A DNA stretch of 64,000 bases. Source: Octopus vulgaris (lineage: Eukaryota). The position numbers were made by a program, and so were the translations under genes. The DNA is taken from contig OX597837.1 of assembly GCA_951406725.2 (NCBI GenBank), positions 1,488,001 through 1,552,000 on the forward strand, written 5' to 3'. Of this stretch, positions 53,452 through 64,000 are shown piece after piece (position 1 is the stretch's first letter; each line of letters opens with the position of its first letter). Below the pieces are notes generated by a model. That model saw only the letters and a list, made by a program, of their open reading frames with translations, did not search any database and was not told the origin of the DNA.

Positions 53452-54235
53452 TATATATACGTTCATATATATGTATATATTCATATATTCATACCTATAT
53501 AAATAATATATATATACATACACATATGAACACACACATACGCACAGATATATACACATATATATATAAATACATTTATATATACACAGACATATAAATA
53601 CATGCATGTATATATCAATACAGATATATATATACATCAACATATATATATCCACAAACACACATATATATAAACATAATTATGTATATAATATGTGTGT
53701 GTGTATGTATGTATATATACACACACGTTTATGTGTGTGTTTATAAATTCATATGTATATTATTTTTCCCACGAGAGACTGTAGCAATTTCGAAGTCTTA
53801 GTGAACCTTTCACCTGTAAAAAATTAATAAATATATACTCGACTGATGTGTTGCGTGATTCTTCATTTTAATGCTAAATTGTTTTATATATATATCTTGA
53901 CGTAAAAGCAGAGACACATAATGCAATTTTCCCATTTATCTGTTTCACTGTGTCTCTGCCGATATGCGTGAGTTTCTCTGAGTGCTTTCAGTACAAATAA
54001 GCCAGAGTTGGAGAAACCAGGAGTATGTCATCAATAAAATCGTAATTTATATTAGAATTTTTTCATATATTGAGTCGTTTCGTCAGCCAAATTCTGCTGT
54101 TTTGGGGCTTTTCAAACGCTGCCAGAGGGACACTTGGTCAGCGATTCCGAGCGATTACTACTAGCATCCAAAACTTTAGTTCAATATATGGGATACCTTC
54201 AATTTAATATATCATTTAAACATGGGTATTTATGA

Positions 54236-54295
<60 letters not shown>

Positions 54296-54399
54296 GATTG
54301 AGTGTATACATATATATATATATATAATATGTTTCAGTGTTTATATTTACGTGTGTGTCTGTTAGAAGATGTATGTATATCTATCTACCTATCTACCTA

Positions 54400-54435
<36 letters not shown>

Positions 54436-55127
54436 TATATACATATACCTATACGTATATAGATATATACATATACCTATATATATATATATATATACAT
54501 ATTTATATATATATATATATATACATATATATATACGTTCATATGTATATATATATAAGTTCAGCAAAATTTAGATTCAGATGAATATGGTACTTAAGTC
54601 AAAGGCACCCAAATTTTGTATGGTAATATCCATATGAATCCACGGGGTGATTACAATCAAAATAATCAACAAGTATATCCGAGGTAATGTGGTACGATCG
54701 TTTCATGCTACTTCATTTTATTAAACACTGTAAGCATTACATCAGTTTTCAAATGTCGAGCAATCTTCAGCCACCTTTAGAAATTTTCCAAACAACTGGA
54801 CAATGCACATTCTTACTCCTTTTTCATTTGCCAACGTTATAAAGAGGGTTGATATACAGACAGAAAGGTTGATTTACATCTTAAGAACATGATAGTATTA
54901 AATCTACTACCTAAGTGTAGATCTTAACTTTGTTATCTAGATCTATCAGTAGGGAGGGGGATTTTCGGTAGGATGGAAACAAAGAATTTTTCTATTTATA
55001 GATATAGGAATGGGTGGAACAAATGTCAAAACCAATAAATCAATTCCTATTCAGATGAACCCAGCCCAGATACATTTGAGTGCACTAAGCAAAAAGCTAT
55101 TCTACAGTTAGGTAGTAGATTTAACAC

Positions 55128-56645
55128 CAACTTGCACCCCCTCGAGCCAATCTGTGTTGGAATTCACTTGATGCTGGATATATACCAGAAAACCTTCTAT
55201 CCCAGTCTGTTGTCCCAGTTTTCAATAAAGGAAACTAATTCCTTGCCGTGAATTACCGTCCAATCTCACTCACCTCTCATATCATTAAGGTATTTGAGAG
55301 AGTGGTGAGATCGCGAATGACTCACTTCCTTGAGAGTCATAATATGCTGAACTCCAACCAGCATGGATTTCGTAATGGAAGGGATTGCCTGACGCAGCTA
55401 CTGCATCATTTTGATGACATTTTGAGAGCCTTGGGAGAGGGTTCCAACACTGATGTTATCTACCTTGATTCCAGCAAGGCCTTTGACAGGGTTGATCATA
55501 AGATCCTTTTGAGAAAGCTGTTCAATATTGGTGTCACTGGAAAGCTGCTGCAGCGGATCAAGTGCTTCCTGTCTAACAGAACCCAACATGTTGTAGTCGA
55601 AGGAGTCAAATCCAGCCCAGCCAAAGTCAGCAGTGGTGTCCCACAAGGCACTGTGTTGGGCCCACTTCTCTTCATCATCTACATAAATGATATTACTGAC
55701 ACCATCAAACACAGTAACATCAGAACCTTCGCTGATGATTCCAAGCTCCAGAAGGTCATCAATGGCGTGGGTGACCGGATAAGCCTTCAGTCAGACCTAC
55801 TGTCTGTTGTCCAATGGGCGGAAAAGAACAACATGTTGCTAAACGAAGACAAATTCGAACTGATCCACTTTGGAAGGGAGGACGCCCTGAAACTCCCATA
55901 CTCCCTTCCTTCTGGTGAAATTCTCATGGCATCCAACAACATCAGAGACTTGGGAGTAATGGCCCGCAGAATGTCTTCCTGGATTCTCAGAACCTTCCAG
56001 TTGAGAGATTCCCACACCATTATCCTTCTCTTCTCCACTTTTGCCCGACCCCACCTTGAATACTGCTATCCACTGTGGTCTCCCTACACGAAACAAAATA
56101 TTATGAAAATTGAAACTCCCCACAGGCCAATCACGAAAAAGATAGATGGCATGTCAGACCTCGACTACTGGGGTAGACTAGAAAAGCTGAAACTGTACTC
56201 ACTCCAACGACGACGTGAACGCTACATTATCTGTATGATGTGGAAAATATGCTTTCAACACTGTCCAAATGATGTTGGCATCACGTTCAAAATACATCCG
56301 AGACTTGGACCCCGTACCATCCGTTCACAACAAAAATCTAAATCGCATCTCTTAACAACAACACGGCACCATTATTTCACCTCAATGGGACCCGCTCTCT
56401 TCAACATTACACCAGGACACGTCAAAACAGAAACTGACCACACAAAATTCAAGAAGTCTTTGGACAAATTCCTTCAAACAGTCCCGAACAAACCATCCAC
56501 ACCCGGATATGTCTCCGCAAACAATAACTCTCTGCTCGAATGGGCCTTGGTGCCCAAATCCTGAATTGAAAGACTTCGCCAGGTGGTGCTATTAAATTAG
56601 ACATGGCCTGGGCCAATACTGGCCAAAACCTTTCTAAGTTATTCT
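55128..56645 (+). mobile_element. 5'-truncated LINE of the same clade as 7703-12137 but a different family
   Basis: RT plus C-terminal domain, followed by a two-hairpin 3'UTR (56581-56630) and (TA)n. Begins just upstream of NYRPISL. Confidence 0.9.
55248..56564 (+). pseudogene. LINE ORF2 fragment (RT plus C-terminal region), 438 aa open
   Basis: NYRPISLTSH, QHGFR, YLDSSKAFD, GVPQGTVLGP, FADD, LKLYSLQRRRERY, GPALFN. Has an in-frame deletion between RDLGV and ARRMSSWILRTF relative to the first LINE, a stop just upstream and no endonuclease. Confidence 0.9.
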
Positions 56646-56671
56646 GTTATATATATATATATATATATATA

Positions 56672-56836
56672 GGCGCAGGAGTGGCTGTGTGGTATATAGC
56701 TTGCTAACCAACCACATGGTTCCGGGTTCAGTCTCACTGCGTGGCATCTTGGGCAAGTGTCTTCTGCTATAGCCCCGGGCCGACCAATGCCTTGTGAGTG
56801 GATTTGGTAGACGGAATCTGAAAGAAGCCTGTCGTA

Positions 56837-56870
<34 letters not shown>

Positions 56871-57107
56871 AGTGTGTGTGTGTATATGTTTGTGTGTGTG
56901 AGTTTGTCCCCCTAGTATTGCTTGACAACCGATGCTGGTGTGCTTACGTCCCCGTCACTTAGCGGTTCGGCAAAAGAGACTGATAGAATAAGTACTGGGC
57001 TTACAAAGAATAAGTCCCGGGGTCGATTTGCTCGACTAAAGGCGGTGCTCCAGCATGGCCACAGTCAAATGACTGAAACAAGTAAAAGAGTAAAAGAGTA
57101 AAAGAAT
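56672..57107 (+). mobile_element. Full-length tRNA-type SINE, family B (internal TA/TG microsatellite, LINE-like tail)
   Basis: A/B-box-like head (gtggctgtgtggt...gggttcagtc), central body, tail ggcggtgctccagcatggccacagtcaaatgactgaaac plus (AGTAAAAG)n. Partial copies at ~27671-27838, 40715-40890, 42050-42240, 43240-43305, 45120-45420, 58760-59010. Confidence 0.85.
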
Positions 57108-57110
57108 ATA

Positions 57111-57488
57111 CACTTGCGTCAGAAATTAATTAGCACTTCTCAAATTTCTACATTAAATAGGTTAAATCAATTAACCTACGAGCTGTTCAAAACGTCTTAC
57201 GCGATGAGAAAACTTAGTATGGTGTGATTTCGGTCCTTGCGAGGCGCTACCTATATCTATTAAACAAAGGAATTTGTCTGCATCCGCACTCCAAGTTGTT
57301 GTTGCACTGCTATGTCAACATCATAAGGCTGTAGACTCTCAAACTGCTCTGCAAACAAAGTTACGTCATCGTTCTGCGCAACAGTGAACTCGCAACAAAG
57401 CAATAGTTCGAGATATGGCCACTAGGTGACAGCACATACCTTGAGTGAAGAGCAAATCAAGGGTGCTAATTAATTTCTGACGGTAGTG
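57111..57488. mobile_element. Tc1/mariner-type non-autonomous element (MITE)
   Basis: TA flanks. TIRs cacttgcgtcagaaattaattagcac and gtgctaattaatttctgacggtagtg. Confidence 0.85.
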
Positions 57489-57568
57489 TATATATATATA
57501 TATATACACATACACACACACACACATTTATATATATATATATATACACATATATACATACATATCTG

Positions 57569-57684
<116 letters not shown>

Positions 57685-58126
57685 TTATGCATAATAGTGT
57701 ATGCTAGTGTTTGATCTTGTGTTTTTCCACCTTTAAATGTTTATCTGTTTAAATCTTGGTCTGATTATACGGTAAATACTTAGTCACATGTAATTTTTCA
57801 TTTATCTAAGTAATTATTCATCAATTTTCTATACATACACATGCTTATATACACTTACATACATACATCACGTACTCAAATACATATGTATTTACATTTA
57901 TATTTCCCGCATATTTACACACACTCACACGTATGTGTGCATATATATATATATATTTACCACACACACATACACACACTGAGATATATACACACACACA
58001 CGTATGTAAACGCGTTGTGATAGATTATCACTAATCGAATTATGTCGCTGATCAGTCATCTTCATTATTTCCCAACATCGAAGTTCACAAGTTGAGTCTA
58101 AATATAAATGGCATCGTACATCCTTG

Positions 58127-58445
<319 letters not shown>

Positions 58446-59903
58446 CCCACTTTCTTCTTTACCTCATCATAATTGGCGGAATCAGTAAATCATCGGACAA
58501 AATTTCATTTATCTTTGCATCCTAAGATCTAATCCCGCTCAAGCCACTTTACCTTTCATGCCTCCTGGCATAAAATATATTACCATTCAATTACTGGATT
58601 TTATATTATCGACTAACCCCACCCTCTCAAAGTTTATTATCTTAGACCGATGTAAGACATCTTCTCTCATTCTTTCTTCCTCTTTTCTTCTTTTCCCACC
58701 CTCCCCATCTTTGTTCTGCTTTATCTTCTCATTAGCAACTACAGCAAATATCATTCAGATGCGCAGACGTGGCTGTGGCGGTAAGAAATTCGCTTCTCAA
58801 CCATATGGGTCCGGATTCTCTCCCAATACATGGCACCTGGCCGAGCAAAGCCCTGTACCACCATGTATAGGTTGTGATTCTTTCATTTTACCTCTACCAA
58901 ATCCAGTTATAAGGCTTTTGTCGGCCCGAGGCTATATCAGAACTATTTTTGAACCCAGACCCATGCAATTTGGAAGCAAACTTCTTACCACACAGCCACG
59001 CCTTCGCCTATGTTCAAAGATATTTCAACCTTGTTTGTGTGGTCTTTGGGTGAATAGAGAATGAAATTATCCTAGTTATTTCCTATTTTCAATGCAAGGG
59101 AGTGTAATTTTATTTGATTGCTAGTTTTAGGATGGTTTTTATGTATAGAAGGGCTCTATGAGTTGAGTAGCCATAGCCTGTACTGGTGGTAAAAAATCTG
59201 CTCAGAGCAATTTATTACTGATTTCAGATATCTTTTATGTATGATATTTATATATAATAAAGTGTACCATAGCTGTTGTCTTTGTTGGTTATCTTTTGGT
59301 CAATCGTGTGGCCCTACGATCAAAGTTGCTTTCTAAATGTGATGACCCAGCCATTAAGGTTTAATATTTCCAGGACTAACAACAATATCCTAGATACACA
59401 CGCTTTCTTCCTTTTTTTAAGTACATAAGTTGTAATTTGAGAGAGATTTTACTGTTTTTTCTAACAGGTCCCCTGATCAACTCGACCCACTCCAGTCACA
59501 CACACACACCTTTTGAGGGATCATCTGAATAGATTTTGGAGTCTTCAGTAGTTTCGGTCAGGTCACTAGTCTATGTTTTTCAGGTTTTGCAGAGATAGAT
59601 GCATTTCTTTTGGGATCTATAACGCTGTACGTATCCGGTGTCTACGAGTCCCAAACTATCTGGCTATTCGCCTTCATCAGGTTAGAGGTAACCATCCACA
59701 GGAGTGAGAATGGATGGTTCGTTCTTTTAGCCCATCTCAATTGTTTTTGTTGCTACGTGACACCTCCATGACTCTCTCTAAGACTTCTCGATAAGCAAAT
59801 GATCAGGAATAGAAATCGTTCGATAGCAATTAATCGAATCGTTATTTCAAATCTCTGTTGTTTTGCTTTTTGTAGGCATTCTGTAAAACATGGATTTCTA
59901 ACT

Positions 59904-60300
59904 CTAACCCAAGACCCGTACATTAGGGGTCTTGTGCAATATGACTGAGTGAGCCCTACCAGAGTGGTCCTTTATTTCATTAACTTTCCTCCACCAGAAT
60001 ATGGGTGACGTTTGAATTTCGGTCATTAACCGAACGCGATTAACTGTTGTAAAGAATTTATTTCTGGTACTCTTCCTGTTACGGTTATAGAACTTCCTTC
60101 TCCGAATCATAAAATATAAAAATCTTGTTTCATCTCCAGGAATCAGTCTTTCAAAGAATGCATTTTCTGCATCAATAAACCGCAACAGTTCCTTGAACAC
60201 AACAAGCCACTTAACCATTCTTCCGATCACTTGTCAAAATTCCTGGCAGCCGTTGTCTGCCACTCACTTTTGTATGCATTGGTGCTAATTATACAAAAAT
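59904..60300 (-). pseudogene. Decayed mariner transposase fragment
   Basis: FFERLIPGDETRFLYF resembles the first catalytic-Asp motif FL.RIVTGDETW.Y of mariner transposases. The rest is degraded. Confidence 0.6.
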
Positions 60301-61142
60301 TAATCATTGTGCTAATTATATCATATATTATTATGTAATACATTTGAGACAATATGTTTAACAGACGATGTATCGATGTTTAAGCAATTGTTCATCCAAT
60401 GATTACATAGTTTCACCCTGTTTAATCAATCTCAATTCTTGATGACCAGCGCCATGTTTGTGCTGTTTAAAATGCTTGACTTTAATTGTTGTTATCGTTG
60501 TTGTTGATGTTTAACCACGAGTCAAACCAGATTTAGCCGACAGTGTCAAACCGTGCCCACTCTGTCTTATGCCGTTTATTCTTTGAACACGATAAAATAG
60601 CAGGAATTTGAGGGAGATTTAGCTGTTACTTCTCATATTTCATGTGGCCACATTAAGGTTTCATTGATGGCCTGTACCATGTAATGTTGTTATTGTCGTC
60701 GTCGTCGCTGGCAGAACCTGGTTATCTCTCATTCAATAGAACCATGGTCTCAAAGACGTTCCGTTTGTAGACATCAGTAAGTATTCTAAGAAATATAACC
60801 AGAGCGGGTCTGTTTATAAGCAAAATGACGCTCCCAAAATACAACAATTTATGTTTCACATAAAATGTTTGCAAGACAAATGCAAAATTGAAATATTTTG
60901 ATAAAATGCAATTTCTAAATAAATATATACGATAGTGGAACCTGTATGTCAATAAATATAGTTTAGTGTAATAAATGTTTGAAGTAACGTAACGAACGTT
61001 AATCACATATGTCTATCACTGTACACATATGTACATACGTGTGTATGTTTATAGACATTCAAAATGCAGGCTTGTGTTTCCAGTTATTAAGGGTCCTTCA
61101 GTTATGGCAATCATGTGTGTGTGTGTGTGTGTGTGAAGGTAT

Positions 61143-61396
61143 ACACACATGTATCCATAAATTATATTTACAATTTGAAAAATTCGGGAAAAATTCGGGA
61201 AAAAAAATACAAAACAAATATGCTCCATATTCAACAGGTTGCTTGCAACGAATGGAACCCAGGTGGAAGTGTTCGGATGTGTCTAATAAAATTTGTTTGC
61301 CCATGTTTTCTAATAATCTCTGTTGAGTTATTCATTTTTTTTTGTTTTTGTTTTTTAAGATTTCAAACTGTAAGACTAATTTACGAACACCCAGTG
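61143..61396. mobile_element. Decayed Tc1/mariner-like MITE
   Basis: Left end tacacacatgtatccataaattatatttacaatttgaaa is an imperfect inverted match of right end tttcaaactgtaagactaatttacgaacacccagtgta. Confidence 0.5.
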
Positions 61397-62879
61397 TATG
61401 CACGTACCGAACTGGATTAATAGAACTCAGTAGCAATTTATAACGAAATAGAGTATGATATATAAATATTTTATCCGCAAGCTAAGTTGCTTGCGTAAGA
61501 TATCTATCGTTTCATGTTACAAATCGTCGGAGTAATGATGAAAAGACGACGAAATATCCTAATAGTGGAGGACTCAAATATGAGGATATAATTTCGTATC
61601 TTGCAATCTTCCCCGCTTCTTTCTTTAACCATAATATAAATAATTATAATTTTCAGAATTTAAAGTCGCTAGGGGTCATACAATTTCTTTAAAAGTTGTT
61701 AAGAAAAATCGTTAATACGTTTGAAAATAACATATTGGAAGCTACTTTATTGAAAATCGAAATCTTGAAAATGTTAATGCATTTCAAAAAAACAAAAAAA
61801 AAAATAAATAAATAGAAGCAATTCTAAAATTATGTGTTTTTTCTTTAATACTAAAGATGGGTGTTTTTTAAGGCGGAAATGACTGTTGGGTGTGGGGTGA
61901 TGGGGTATATTTCTGATTATTCATAAGCAAAAATCTGTCAATTATGATGTATTCTTTGTGTATTTCGAGGCTAATTAAAGATGTCGCTCTATATACATAC
62001 ATATTTGTATTTATTTATGTATGTATAATGACTGTATTTACAATATTTAAAACACAATGTGAATTATAATACATAAAGATAAAAGCAAAATATGGAGGTT
62101 GTATAGCAAATGAAACTGAATGACTTAAAACAACTATGGCGGACAACTTCGGTCTATAATAAGGTTTGGTCTAACCGCTTTTGTTTTGGGTTGTATCGTT
62201 AAGTAAGTGTACAAAAGGTAAATTATGCAGATAATAATTTAAATTATAGTAGAGAGAGAGAATATGATAAGGAAAGTCGATAATGTATAAAATATCTTAT
62301 TGTATATTCTTACACAGACAGAATATAATAAGCGACAAAACAATATTTAATACAACGTCTGGCCGGACTACTCATTATTATTTAATGAAGCAGTGTTTTT
62401 ATTGCTTTTTTTTAATGAAGGGTCTTATTGATGTAGTAAGGGGAAATATGAGAGACTAGGCTGAGTGTAAGAGTCGGAAGGTCAAAATCGTAAATTAAAA
62501 TAAAATATAATGAGATCAAAGTCAGGGTAGAAATATTTTAGCATCGTTGTGATTGATAAATTGGTGCTTTTTAATTTACATCGTTCTTAGAAGTCTCCTG
62601 CAATCTACCAGGTAGCACACACACACACACACATACACACACACACGCACACACACTCACATATGCGTGTAAGTGTATGTATTGACATATAATTTAAAAT
62701 CTTGGGACAAGGCCAGCAATTGTAGCGGAAGTGAGTCTATTACATTATCACTTATTTTACTTATTTTATCGACCCAGAAGACATTTCAACTCGGAACTTA
62801 AAATAGCCGGAAGAAATGCTACAAAGCATTTTGTTTCACACCTAACGATTCTCCCAGGTTGCTCTACCCCGACCCATGA

Positions 62880-62934
<55 letters not shown>

Positions 62935-64000
62935 CACATTATAACTGAGTGGTTACTGAATTTGCTTTGCAATCACGATGTTTTGTGTTCGATTTCGCAG
63001 CGTAACATCTTGAGCAATGCTGTCAGAAGTGGTCAGAGAAGTGATGTATTGGTGTGCAGTAAGTACTTGTCTGTCTCTGTGGCATGTCAGACGTGCAGAA
63101 CTCCAGATTTTTAACGGTGCTCATGATGCCAAGTTAAAGGAAGTAAGATTGGCTACTCGTTAGTCGATCCACTTGGTTGGTCTTTGCACTAGTAAAGAGT
63201 GGGGATTGTAACGTTGGGCATACCAACAGGCATCCGGGATGCAGAGTTGCGATTGACAGCAGTTGTACAAGCAAGGCGCTTGCAAATCTCTATGATGATC
63301 TTAATTTCGACCACAGTCGAAATTCTCTGGCAAAGTCTTTCCACAGTTCACGATATTCCATTGCCCTTGGCCGAGGTTTCTATCGTTTGGCAATCGATGG
63401 ATGAATGTTTGAGCAGGTCTTTCCGCACTGCGTCTCCGGTTCCTACAAACAGTACTTTGTGTATATATTTCTGCTTACTTCAGCCTCACTGTCGTGGAAA
63501 TCGTAATTGCCTTTGAGCAATTTTAATTGCTATCCTGATGCTGTTCTTCAATGTGACACACTGCATCTTTTCATAATCGCACTGTACTATGCCCCGAAGG
63601 AATCCATTGTTAAGGAACTAGATTTCCACTTTACAAGCCAAACCCACCGTTATATGTGATACAGATTTTGTTGGTGACTCAGCTCTTTTATCAAGTACCA
63701 GTGATTAAGCTTAAGAAGTTCTTCATAAAGTCGAATTCTCTGCCACAAAAAGTATTGTGGTTCTAATTATTGTCAAGATAACATTACTACATAAATAGTT
63801 ACGACAAAAAGGTTGAAAGTCAATAATAATTATAAAGGTAGATTAATTATAGATATGTTCTGTCGAGATTTAACTACACATGTTCATAAGCATTTCTTAA
63901 GTGAGGATTATATTTGAAGTTTATGGAAAAGAAGGCATGACTATGAATATTATTGAAGTTATGCGTCCCTAGAGTGTTCTACGACAATCTACGAGAATTA

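Overview
Eukaryotic, AT-rich, microsatellite-saturated genomic DNA. The SINE families and simple-repeat density suggest a coleoid cephalopod, probably Octopus (inference). Most ORF-track entries are artefacts of (TA)n, (CA)n, (AAT)n, (ATC)n and (GTT)n repeats. The only well-supported host-gene piece is a 155-bp + strand exon (32929-33083) encoding the C-terminal part of a fasciclin (FAS1) domain, so the window is probably mostly intron. Mobile elements dominate. (1) A near full-length APE-RT LINE, tentatively Proto2-like (~7703-12137). Its ORF2 is broken only by a 31-bp tandem duplication, and its frameshifted ORF1 combines a Myb/SANT-like trihelix domain with a CCCH zinc finger. (2) A rearranged Penelope-like element with the RT on -, GIY-YIG on +, 178-bp inverted arms and an intact hammerhead ribozyme. 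(3) A 5'-truncated second LINE, plus RTE and Dong/R4 3' ends. (4) piggyBac, Tc1/mariner and hAT MITEs. (5) Three tRNA-type SINE families. Highlights: two SINE-LINE partnerships visible through shared 3' ends, recurrent insertion of one SINE tail type at the same nucleotide inside other SINE copies, and inverted SINE pairs around the host exon.
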